From assembly GCA_945919455.1 (NCBI GenBank), contig CAMEJH010000006.1:1-47716 (forward strand): a stretch of 47,716 nt of DNA. The letters run 5' to 3'. The DNA is from an uncultured Clostridium sp. (lineage in GTDB: Bacteria; Bacillota; Clostridia; TANB77; CAG-508). How positions within the stretch are numbered: the first letter of the stretch is position 1; each line of letters begins with the position of its first letter. Shown here one piece after another: positions 9,897-19,616 of this stretch. The translations under genes were made by a program, and so were the position numbers. The notes under the pieces were generated by a model, which had not been told where the DNA came from, did no database searches, and was given only the letters and a program-made list of their open reading frames with translations.

Positions 9897-10340
9897 TTAT
9901 AATCCTAATAATTCTTTTGCTACTTCATTTATTGTTTTTCCATCTGCAGATGCTCCCATTTTTGTTTTTGCTTCTTTCATGATAGCTCCCATATCTTTCA
10001 TAGTTGTTGCACCTATTTCTGAAATTATTTTTTCTACTTCTACTTTTATTTCTTCTTTGCTTAGTTGTTTTGGTAGATATTCTTGTAATATTTCTATTTC
10101 TTGATTTGTTTGATCTATTAAATCTTGTCTTTGTGCTTTTTCAAAGTCCTTTAATGCATCTTTTTTTGTTTTCACTTCTTTTGCAATTATTTCTAATATT
10201 TTATCATCTTCTACTGTTATTCCTTTATCTTTTTCAATTTGTAGTATTGCTGCTCTTACCATTTGGACAGTATTTTTTCTTATTTCATTTTTTGTTTTCA
10301 TTGAATTTTTTAAATCTTCCATTAATTTTTCTTTTAACAT
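9897..10340 (-). CDS. GatB/YqeY domain protein
   Basis: LKEKLMEDLKNSMK, EYLPKQLS, KDMGAIM, ADGK. Confidence 0.9.
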   Translation of the reverse strand: MLKEKLMEDLKNSMKTKNEIRKNTVQMVRAAILQIEKDKGITVEDDKILEIIAKEVKTKKDALKDFEKAQRQDLIDQTNQEIEILQEYLPKQLSKEEIKVEVEKIISEIGATTMKDMGAIMKEAKTKMGASADGKTINEVAKELLGL

Positions 10341-10406
10341 ATTGTTTCCTCCATTCTTGTCCTATATTATCACAATTTTGGGATATTTTCAATCCATTTA
10401 TACATT

Positions 10407-11357
10407 TTATATAATATCTCCTGCATCAAATTTTCTTATTTTTTTATAAATTTCTCCATCTTTTTTAGAATAAGTTTTTTCCACTATTCCATTCTCTGTA
10501 CAAGCCTTTACTTTTACATATCCTTGATTAATTTGAGGATGTCTTAATATTCTGAGTCCATTTTGTTGTATTGGATTTTTAGTAAATGCTATATATGAAA
10601 ACTTTTCATCTTCATACCCTAATTCTCCTTTTTTAGCTTTTCTTTGAATTCCGCTTCTATCTATTCTAATGTAAAAACTGCACCAGTCATCTTTTGATAT
10701 TGGACATTTGTATTGATGAGTACATGGAGCCATTATATAAGCTCCATTTTTAATTAACAATTCTCTTGCATTTAAAATGTTTTTAAATCCTGCTGGCGTA
10801 CCAGGTTCAATTATTATTAATATTTTACTAGTTGCATCCCACAATTTTTTTATAATTTTTTCTTTTTCTTGTTCAGGTAATTCATTTATCATATATGATG
10901 TTATAACCAGATCAGCAGTTACTGTAATACTTTCATTCAATATATCAAACTTTTTCCATTCTACATTTTCTAATTGTGCATCTTGCATTAACTTTTTTCC
11001 AATTTCTATCATTACTTGCTCTCTTTCAAGGCATGTGCATTTTTCTACTTTAATTAATTGTTTTATTGCCCAAGTAGCTGCTCCTGTACCTGCTCCAACA
11101 TCCAAGCATGTAGTTATAGGGTCATTAAAATTTTTTAAAGCTTGTTGAATTGTAGAATAAATTGCACAATAAGTTGATGGCATTCTTGATATAGCATATG
11201 ATAAGGCTTCGTCCTTATTAGTTAACATTCTATTTCCTCTGCCTTCATTGTTTCGATATCTATTGCTTATTTGCTGTGCATTTTCTACAATTTTATTACT
11301 TTTTATTCCTATAATCTGATTTTCTATTGCTATCCTTAGTTCTTGCGGTATTTTCAT
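10407..11357 (-). CDS. Rsm22-like SAM-dependent methyltransferase
   Basis: LDVGAGTG, IIEPGTPAGF, APCTH..CP...DWCSF, EDEKFSY. Confidence 0.85.
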   Translation of the reverse strand: MKIPQELRIAIENQIIGIKSNKIVENAQQISNRYRNNEGRGNRMLTNKDEALSYAISRMPSTYCAIYSTIQQALKNFNDPITTCLDVGAGTGAATWAIKQLIKVEKCTCLEREQVMIEIGKKLMQDAQLENVEWKKFDILNESITVTADLVITSYMINELPEQEKEKIIKKLWDATSKILIIIEPGTPAGFKNILNARELLIKNGAYIMAPCTHQYKCPISKDDWCSFYIRIDRSGIQRKAKKGELGYEDEKFSYIAFTKNPIQQNGLRILRHPQINQGYVKVKACTENGIVEKTYSKKDGEIYKKIRKFDAGDII

Positions 11358-11382
11358 TGTTTTTCTCCTCTTGTTTTATAAT

Positions 11383-12120
11383 TTAAAACATAATTAATTT
11401 TCCATTATCTTTTAACCATCTATCTATTTCGCTATAATTTGGTATATATTGCTCTACTAAATTATAGAATTGTTCATTATGATATTTATATTTCATATGA
11501 CAGAGTTCATGTACTATTACTGCGTCAACCTTATCTTCTGGTAACATTATTAGTCTAGATGAAAAATACAAATTTTTTTTACTTGGCATGCAACTTCCAT
11601 ATCTACTTGTTGCATCTCTTACTTTTACATCATTATATTTTATTCCTGTTATTTTACTCCAATATGGCAATTTTTCATTTATCATTGCTTCTGTATTGCA
11701 TTTAAACAATTGCTTTATTGCTTTATCTACATATGGTTTTATTTCTTCTTGAGTAATAATTTTAGGTAATATTATTCGCATAGTTTTTGCATCTTTTTCT
11801 ATTCTAACACTTACATTCATCGTGTTTATATATTCTCTTAATATTTTATATTCATTACCATTATAGTATATCTTTTCTCCTGTTTTCCACTGTTTTACTG
11901 AGTCAAATTCTGACGATATAATTTTTAAATATTTATTGTATATATCTTCTTCGTTTTCTTTTATCATTTTAAAAACTATATTTACTGGTAATCTTTTCGG
12001 TTTCGTTACATTTAATATATTACTTTTAAAATATATTTTTACTGTTTTGGAATTCTTATAACTTTTTATATTAACTGGTATGTCTTTATCTTTAATTTTT
12101 AAATATTCTGCTGTTGGCAT
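11383..12120 (-). CDS. M48/YgjP (DUF45) zinc metallopeptidase family protein
   Basis: SRYGSC and VHELCH...H...FY motifs; probable start at 12120 after GAGGAAGG. Confidence 0.85.
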   Translation of the reverse strand: MPTAEYLKIKDKDIPVNIKSYKNSKTVKIYFKSNILNVTKPKRLPVNIVFKMIKENEEDIYNKYLKIISSEFDSVKQWKTGEKIYYNGNEYKILREYINTMNVSVRIEKDAKTMRIILPKIITQEEIKPYVDKAIKQLFKCNTEAMINEKLPYWSKITGIKYNDVKVRDATSRYGSCMPSKKNLYFSSRLIMLPEDKVDAVIVHELCHMKYKYHNEQFYNLVEQYIPNYSEIDRWLKDNGKLIMF

Positions 12121-12121
12121 T

Positions 12122-12850
12122 TTAATTTCCTTCCTCAAATTCTATTATTCCACCATAATCTATAACATCTAATCCTTTAAACTCAATTATGTTTAACTTT
12201 CTTTTTTCTATAAATTCTCTTATTTGGTTATTTTTATCTATCTTGTTTAAATCTCCAAAAATGATTATATTGTTTTCTATTCTTGCTATTGCGCCACCAA
12301 TAAATCCATTTTTATTGCTATATCCAACTTTATTTAGTAATTTTATATCTGGTTCATAGTCTAAAAATAAGACATCAATATTTAAACTTTCTAAGATTTT
12401 GCAAAGTCCTTTATCTGTCACAATGGCAGTTTTTTCATCAATAATAGCTATAGAACAATTTGTATATCCTTGTGTTGTTTGAATTAATTCATAACCGTTT
12501 TTTATTAATTCTTGTTGAATTTTTTTGTCTGTATATTTAAAATTGTGAATTGCTTTTTTTCCTATTGTGCACACATTATATTTTATATCAAATGGATATT
12601 CTGCTTCTACATTATCAATTCCTTGTTCTAAGCTTGATAGTCTAGGCATATTTACATATTGTGTAGGCTCCACAATTACTTTGTTTCCCGCCTTGCATGC
12701 AAATATGTCCACATGTGCTGAAATTTCTTGATAGACTTCTTCACTTTGCCTTATTTCTAATAATTCATATCCTAATTTCTTTAATTCTTCTTTTTCAATA
12801 TTTCTCATTCTTTCATCTATTATTAAATATCTCACTTTATTTACCTCCAA
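12122..12850 (-). CDS. DUF6873-like (GME fold) protein
   Basis: ISAHVDI, QGYTNCS, TDKG, GFIGG, DYGG motifs. Confidence 0.7.
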   Translation of the reverse strand: MEVNKVRYLIIDERMRNIEKEELKKLGYELLEIRQSEEVYQEISAHVDIFACKAGNKVIVEPTQYVNMPRLSSLEQGIDNVEAEYPFDIKYNVCTIGKKAIHNFKYTDKKIQQELIKNGYELIQTTQGYTNCSIAIIDEKTAIVTDKGLCKILESLNIDVLFLDYEPDIKLLNKVGYSNKNGFIGGAIARIENNIIIFGDLNKIDKNNQIREFIEKRKLNIIEFKGLDVIDYGGIIEFEEGN

Positions 12851-12858
12851 TATGAGTA

Positions 12859-13419
12859 TTATATATTTTTATTTTTTATATAATTTTCTTGAAATTCTTC
12901 TGCCAAAATATCCATAGAAATGCTATCATAGAACTTGCCATTTATAAATTTGCATTTTCTTCTTCTTCCATATTCTTTAAAGTTACATTTTTTATAACAT
13001 TTTAATGCTCTTTCATTAAATTCCATTACATCTAATTTAATATTATTTAAATTTAAGTAGTTAAAACCATAATCTAATATTAAATTTACAGCTTCTGTTC
13101 CATATCCTTTGTTTCTATATTCCTTATCTCCTATGAATATCCCTAATGTTGCTGTTTTATTGATATGATCTATATTTTCTAAACTTACTGTTCCTATCAT
13201 TTTATTTTCTTCTAATGTTACAATTACAAAGGTTGCTTCTAGTTTTGAATTGTTTTCTAGATATTCTCTTTCTCCTTCTATTGTTGTTAAAATTGAACTT
13301 CTCCCTATATAATCTGTTATTTCAAAGTCATTAAGCCATTCTGTAAAGAGCTCAGCATCCTCACTGCTTCTTGGTGATAGGTATATTTTTTCTCCAACTA
13401 ATTTTTTAAAATATTTCAT
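12859..13419 (-). CDS. GNAT acetyltransferase, RimJ/RimL family
   Basis: YRNKGYGTEA, NERALKCYKK. Confidence 0.9.
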   Translation of the reverse strand: MKYFKKLVGEKIYLSPRSSEDAELFTEWLNDFEITDYIGRSSILTTIEGEREYLENNSKLEATFVIVTLEENKMIGTVSLENIDHINKTATLGIFIGDKEYRNKGYGTEAVNLILDYGFNYLNLNNIKLDVMEFNERALKCYKKCNFKEYGRRRKCKFINGKFYDSISMDILAEEFQENYIKNKNI

Positions 13420-13554
13420 TTATTCTCCCTCATTTCTTTTTTAATATATCATAAATATATATTTTTCTCAATGCAATCTAACGAATTTATTTTTTACTTC
13501 TCAATAGCATAGATATAAAAAATAGCAGATTCTAAATTTCTGCTATTCATATTT

Positions 13555-14121
13555 TTATTTTTTATTAAATTTAAAAAACTCATCTTTAGTAATAGAATAA
13601 ATAACTTGATTTTCTATTATTCCAGTTTTTTCATTGATTTTTCTGTTACGTAATACTGCCTCTTTTTTCATACCAATTCCTTCTAATGCTGTAGTTTTGA
13701 AATTAGTTATTTCTTCATTTCCATCAAAAAATCTCGAAACAACCATATTAAAATTTTTCTCATTAAAAATATATTCTAACACACACTTTAAAGCTTCTTC
13801 CATATAATGTTTATTAATATACTCAAATGCTATTCCAAATTTTATATTACAATATTCTTTTAAAGCTGAAACTTCTAGTGCATTAATAAAACCAATTGCA
13901 GAATGGCTCTTCTTTTCTTCTATCGCCCAAGCTAATTCATTTGCCTCATATTCATAAATATATGAAGAAACCATCTTTTTTGTTTCTTCAACGCTTTGAT
14001 GTATTTTATAACCCAAACATTTTTCTAGCTTTTTTTCTGTTGCTAAATTTTTGTAAACATCTTCTGAATCTTCAATTTTAAATTTCCTTATTTTTAAATT
14101 TTTAGTTTCTAAATCTTTCAT
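13555..14121 (-). CDS. GNAT acetyltransferase-like protein, RimJ/RimL family (divergent)
   Basis: LETKNLKIRKF N-terminus, WAI, GMKKEAVLR; acetyl-CoA motif degenerate. Confidence 0.7.
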   Translation of the reverse strand: MKDLETKNLKIRKFKIEDSEDVYKNLATEKKLEKCLGYKIHQSVEETKKMVSSYIYEYEANELAWAIEEKKSHSAIGFINALEVSALKEYCNIKFGIAFEYINKHYMEEALKCVLEYIFNEKNFNMVVSRFFDGNEEITNFKTTALEGIGMKKEAVLRNRKINEKTGIIENQVIYSITKDEFFKFNKK

Positions 14122-14309
14122 ATAATGCCTCCTAATATAATTTTAAATATACTTTTAAACATAATTTAAATATCACATTAGTACTATTTTGGCTAACTTT
14201 TTTTTACAAAAAAGTACCTTTATTTTACAAAATTCTTATTTTTTTATTTGTATAATATTTTTATATCAGATCATTTATCATTTATAAATTTCTTTATCTA
14301 TCAATTTCA

Positions 14310-14984
14310 TTATAACATTTTAATATATGTTCTATTTTTTAGTGTTTCTATTATATATCTTATATCTTCAATAGATTTGTCAATATTAAATCTGCCATTT
14401 CCTACTGGATAATATACAGAATAAAAATTATATTCTTTACCATTTATTACATTTTTAAACAATTGTTTTCTACACTGTGAGACAGATATTTTTTGATTCA
14501 AAACAATAGAGCTTACTTGGTTTCCAAAAAGTACTATTACTTTAGGATTTATGATCTCTATTTCTTGTTTTAATAAATCTAAATATTCTTCATAAACACT
14601 ATTAGGTAGTTCTCGTGCATCTACTTGAGTGCATTTTCCTAAATTAGTAATAAAATATTTATGTTTTTTAACATCATCGTATACTTCTTCAGCAAATTCT
14701 TCTGTCCATTCACTACCTTTAATCTTCTTTATTTGGTTATATATTTTTTCATCCATCAAATCTAATTGATAAAATAAATCCCAAATATTTTTAGTCCCAA
14801 TCCATGGTGATTTTATCCCTTTCCATTCTTTTGATGATGCAATGTTTCTTCCAGTTGGATTCATAAATACAAAACATATATCTGGATTTTCTGTACATCC
14901 TCCATTATAAATAGGATCTAATTCTTTCGCTCCATATTTTTTCTGTAATTTATCATATTTTACTTTTAAATCTTCTAATTTCAT
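14310..14984 (-). CDS. Uracil-DNA glycosylase superfamily protein
   Basis: FITNLGKC, EIEIINPKVIVLFG, YYP, as in family-4-like UDG folds. Confidence 0.7.
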   Translation of the reverse strand: MKLEDLKVKYDKLQKKYGAKELDPIYNGGCTENPDICFVFMNPTGRNIASSKEWKGIKSPWIGTKNIWDLFYQLDLMDEKIYNQIKKIKGSEWTEEFAEEVYDDVKKHKYFITNLGKCTQVDARELPNSVYEEYLDLLKQEIEIINPKVIVLFGNQVSSIVLNQKISVSQCRKQLFKNVINGKEYNFYSVYYPVGNGRFNIDKSIEDIRYIIETLKNRTYIKML

Positions 14985-15004
14985 TTTTTACTCCTAATTT
15001 TTCT

Positions 15005-16174
15005 TTAAATATATTGGCAATTTTTCAGTTTTAGCAATGTACAAACTTCCACATGTCTTGTAAATGGAAACATATCGACAGGCTGTATTTCTTTAATTTC
15101 ATAATATTTACCAAGCTCTTGTAAATTTAGTGCTAAAGTTTCTGGATTGCAACTAATATAAACAATTTTTTTAGATTTTATTTGTTTTAATGTTTCCAAT
15201 GTTTTTGTATCTAATCCATTTCGTGGAGGATCTACAATAACAACATCTGGTTTGTTCCAAATTTTGCATAGTCTAGGCAATACAATTTCTACTTTGCCAC
15301 TTACAAATTCAACATTTTTGATATTATTTATTTCTGCATTCTTTTTAGCATCTTTTACAGCATCTGTTACAACTTCAATTCCAAATACTTTTTTAGTCTT
15401 ACTAGAAGCACAAATAGATATTGTTCCTATTCCTGAATATAAATCATATACTATTTCTTTACCAGTCAAATTAGCTAACTGTATTGCCGTATTGTATAAT
15501 TTTTCTGTCTGTACTGGATTTACTTGATAAAATGATAATGGTGATATTTTAAATTTATATCCATTTATATAATCTACAATATATCCATTACCATATAAAT
15601 TATAGTTTTTATTACCTAATATTGCATTTGTCTGCTTTTCGTTTATATTTTGTACTATTGTTTTTATATTGGGAAATTTGGTTAATAATTCTTTTATAAT
15701 TTCTTCTCTTTTATTCATTTTAGCATTAGTCGTAACAAATATTATCATTATTTCATTTGTTTTTATTCCATACTTTATGACCATGTGTCTTAAGAAACCT
15801 TTTTGGGTATCCTCATTGTATATCATAATTTTATATTTTTTTATTAATTCAAATGTGAATTTTGCAACTTCATTTATAATGTCATTTTGTATAATACACC
15901 CTTCAAAAGGAATTATTTTGTGTGTTCCTGCTTCAAAAAATCCCATTACTGGTTTATTATTTTTATTTAGTCCAAATGCAAATTTTCCTTTGTTTCTGTA
16001 ATTATATGTTTTCTCCATTCCAATAGTATCTTTTACTTTTATTGATTTATCTACATATCTTGATATCAATTCTTGAACCATTTTTGTTTTATTTTTTAGT
16101 TGCTCATCATATTCTTTTTCTAAATATATACATCCTCCACATTGTTGTTGTGTGTTACATTCTTTTATGTTCAT
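15005..16174 (-). CDS. rlmD: 23S rRNA (uracil-C5)-methyltransferase RlmD/RumA (no TRAM domain)
   Basis: CGGC, YRNK, SFYQVN, DLYSGIG, VDPPR, YISCNP, DMFP-T-HVE. Confidence 0.9.
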   Translation of the reverse strand: MNIKECNTQQQCGGCIYLEKEYDEQLKNKTKMVQELISRYVDKSIKVKDTIGMEKTYNYRNKGKFAFGLNKNNKPVMGFFEAGTHKIIPFEGCIIQNDIINEVAKFTFELIKKYKIMIYNEDTQKGFLRHMVIKYGIKTNEIMIIFVTTNAKMNKREEIIKELLTKFPNIKTIVQNINEKQTNAILGNKNYNLYGNGYIVDYINGYKFKISPLSFYQVNPVQTEKLYNTAIQLANLTGKEIVYDLYSGIGTISICASSKTKKVFGIEVVTDAVKDAKKNAEINNIKNVEFVSGKVEIVLPRLCKIWNKPDVVIVDPPRNGLDTKTLETLKQIKSKKIVYISCNPETLALNLQELGKYYEIKEIQPVDMFPFTRHVEVCTLLKLKNCQYI

Positions 16175-16192
16175 AATTTCTCCTATTTTTTA

Positions 16193-17752
16193 TTATTTGT
16201 TTTCTAATATCTTTATAGCACATTTTATTCCATCAATTGCAGCTGTCATTATTCCTCCTGCATATCCAGCACCTTCTCCACATGGATATAGGCCTTGTAT
16301 ATTTATGGAATTTAAGTTTTCTTTATCTCTTGTTATTTGGACTGGTGATGAACTTCTTGTTTCTACTCCTGTTAAAATTGCATCTTTATCTGCAAATCCA
16401 TGCATTTTTTTATCTAGTTCAACAATTCCTTCTTTTAGTGTTTCTGATATAAATTCAGGTAAGATCTCATTTAAATTTGACATTGTTACGCCAGGCATAT
16501 AAGTTGGTTTTACTTTACCTAACTTAGTTGTTTTTCTATTTTCTAAAAAATCTTCTACTTTTTGTATTGGTGCATTATAGTTACTTCCTCCAAGTTCAAA
16601 TGCTTTTCTTTCTAGATCTTCTTGAAAATACATTCCATCCAGTGGAGTACTATTATAATAGTCATCTACAGTTACATTTACAAGTAATGCACTATTTGCA
16701 TTTTCTCCATCTCTTGCGAAATTGCTCATTCCATTTGTTACAATTGAATTTTCTTCTGAATTTGATGCCATTACTTGTCCACCTGGGCACATACAAAATG
16801 TATAACATGTTCTTCCATTTTTAGCATGATACACTAATTTATAATCTGCTGTTGGCAAATTCAATTTTGTTTTATCTCCATATTGGGCTCTATTTATATC
16901 TTTTTGTAAATGTTCTATTCTCACACCTACTGCAAAATTTTTAGGTTGTATTTCTATTCCTAGTTCATATAGTTTTTTAAATGTATCTCTTGCACTATGC
17001 CCAATTGCTAGAATAACACTATCAGTTTCTATTCTTTTAGAACATATTACAGCTGTTATCTTTCCATTTTCTATTTCAAAATCTGTTACCTTTTCATTAA
17101 ATAATACTTGTCCACCATTTTTTATTATATATTCTCTTATATTTTTTACTACATTTCTTAAATTATCTGTTCCTATGTGAGGCTTTGCTGTATATAATAT
17201 TTCTTTTGGTGCTCCAAATTTTACAAATTCTTCTAATACTTTTCTTGAAAATATACTTGTATTACCAGTATTTAACTTTCCATCAGAAAATGTTCCTGCT
17301 CCGCCTTCTCCAAATTGTATGTTTGATGTTATGTTAAATTTTCTATTTTGTATAAAGTCTTCTACATCTTTTATTCTTTCTTCTATTCGCTTGCCTCTTT
17401 CTAGGATAATTGGCTTTATGCCATTTTCTACTAAAATTAGTCCAGCAAATAAACCTGCAGGCCCTGCTCCTATAATAACTGGTGATACTTGATTTTTTCT
17501 TATAACTTTTATTTCTGGAAATTTATATTTTTCTACTTGCTCATATTTCTTTTCTTTCTTTTTATCTTTTAATTCTATGTCAATTGTATAATTATAGTAT
17601 ATATCTTCTTTTTTTCTTGCATCTATTGATTTTTTGTAAATATACCATTTTTCTACTTCTTCTGGCTTTATTTTGTTTTTAGCTAAAGCTTTTTGTAATA
17701 CTTCTGTTTCTGATAAGTTTTCTCTTGTTTTTATATCTCTTATTCTTATCAT
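16193..17752 (-). CDS. Uncharacterised FAD-dependent dehydrogenase
   Basis: IIGAGPAG, FGEGGAGTFSDGKL, FCMCPGG, GEGAGYAGGI. Confidence 0.9.
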   Translation of the reverse strand: MIRIRDIKTRENLSETEVLQKALAKNKIKPEEVEKWYIYKKSIDARKKEDIYYNYTIDIELKDKKKEKKYEQVEKYKFPEIKVIRKNQVSPVIIGAGPAGLFAGLILVENGIKPIILERGKRIEERIKDVEDFIQNRKFNITSNIQFGEGGAGTFSDGKLNTGNTSIFSRKVLEEFVKFGAPKEILYTAKPHIGTDNLRNVVKNIREYIIKNGGQVLFNEKVTDFEIENGKITAVICSKRIETDSVILAIGHSARDTFKKLYELGIEIQPKNFAVGVRIEHLQKDINRAQYGDKTKLNLPTADYKLVYHAKNGRTCYTFCMCPGGQVMASNSEENSIVTNGMSNFARDGENANSALLVNVTVDDYYNSTPLDGMYFQEDLERKAFELGGSNYNAPIQKVEDFLENRKTTKLGKVKPTYMPGVTMSNLNEILPEFISETLKEGIVELDKKMHGFADKDAILTGVETRSSSPVQITRDKENLNSINIQGLYPCGEGAGYAGGIMTAAIDGIKCAIKILENK

Positions 17753-17866
17753 GTTGATCTCTCTTTCTTAAAATATTTTTTATCATGCTTATTTTACCAT
17801 ATTTTCTCATAAAAATAAAGAGTACTAAGACTGTTTGCTTAGTACTCATAAAGTATTATATTATAA

Positions 17867-19479
17867 CTATTTTTCAATTCTACTAAATGTTAAATTTCCA
17901 TCTTCTCCAAAATCCCAGTATTTCCATTCGGAAGTTTTACTTTCATTTAAGTCTATATATTCTTTAAAATTCATTTTCATATCTTCATAATTTATTTCAT
18001 CCACTGCTGTTACCCCATATAAACTGTCTTCTTTTAATCCCACAGCTACACTGCATGTTCCTTTTTTGTAATAAGAATCTTCTATTGTCAGTGTTGACGA
18101 ATTTGATGGGTATCCACATATTGCTCCAGCACCATACATCCAATTTACTTTTTTCTCAATTATATTTCCTAAATTATAAGCATTGTTTATATAAACATTC
18201 CCGTCACCAACAACAGTTGTATTAGCACCTAATATACCACCTCTTCCAAATGGTCCATTTTCTGTGATATTTCCCTTATTATAAACATTTATAATTTCAA
18301 TATTTGAATTAGTTGACCCAACGATTCCTCCATTTCTTGATCCTTGAACATAAATTTCTCCTAAATTATATGAATTATAAACACCTCCAGTAACATCCTC
18401 ACACATGCCAATTATTCCACCAGTGCTATTGCTTAAATTTGATATTGTATTTAAATTAGCACAATTTATTATCTCTAAATCATTACCTGCCCATCCAATA
18501 ATACCACCTAGCGTATTTCCGTTTCCTTTTAATTTAATATCTACTATACAATTTATTATCTTTCCGATTTCTTACACTTCCAACTAATCCGCCAGTATTT
18601 CCTGATGTTTCATTACAAGATATTATTCCATCTAATTTTAAATTACGAATTGTAGCATTTTGAATAGATCCAAAAAATCCTAAATTTGAAGTATTTTTTT
18701 CATAAATATTTTTTATATTATTATTTTGTCCGTCAAAAGTCCCCCTAAAAGAAAAATAGAAGTCTTCGGCTATTGGTGTAAATCCAATACAATCACTATT
18801 GGTATTTGTTAACTCTGTTTTTATATCCTCTATTATTCCGTTTTCGTTTAAATCCCCATATTTTTTTGTTGTATAATCATTATATGAAAATATAGATTTA
18901 AAATCTAGTGTTCTCATTAATATAACATATTGGTCTTGAAATTGATTTGCAATTATTCCTAATTCTGTATTTCCTCTATTTGTTGCTATTGAAAATGTTA
19001 CTAAATCTTCTATACAATTAATTTGATATGGCTTATTTTCACTTCCGTCAAGGATCCCACCTTTGGTAAAATCTCCTGCATATTTATCTTTTATTAATTT
19101 GATTGGTCCCGAAACATTCCCATCACTATCAATTTCATAGTATCTTTCACTTCTTATAAACTTAACAACTAAACTATTTCCATTATCAATAATTTCTATT
19201 TCTGTATTTCCTATGTTATTTTCTAACTGTTCTTTTAATTCACTTTGAATTATATTTCCATATTTATTTTTTAACAGTGTTTTTATTGTAGAAGTTTCTA
19301 TAATTTCTTTTTCTTCAGCTATCTCTGTTTGTTCTCTAGCCTTTCCGTGCATTTTTTATTATCCCGTTATCCCCCAAAAGCATCGATATACTCACACTAG
19401 CTAATATTAATAGTACTACTATTGTCACTACTAAAGCTATTAATGTTATTCCATTTGTCTCTTTTAAGAATTTTTTCAT
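17867..19479 (-). CDS. Pilin-like surface protein with GLUG/beta-helix repeats, read through two +1 shifts at CGGA (19344-19347 and 18563-18566); ~536 aa
   Basis: ATG 19479 MKKFLKETNG|ITLIALVVTIVVLL; skipping one C at each site joins three frames into ...IIKNA-GKAREQ... and ...GSVRN-GKIINC...GGIIG repeats. Confidence 0.8.
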
Positions 19480-19616
19480 TTTTCTTTTGCCTCCATATTC
19501 TATTTTACACATTTAGTCTATATTTTTATTATAAATATATGATATCATTTAAACTATTTTAAATCAATAAAAAAACAAAAAAAGCCATTCAAACGAATGA
19601 CTTTTTATAATATTTA

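Noticed and set aside
15005-15070. rlmD 3' end as an ICE/IME integration site
   Set aside because: A known hotspot in Firmicutes, but I see no duplicated 3' end, integrase or conjugation genes nearby.
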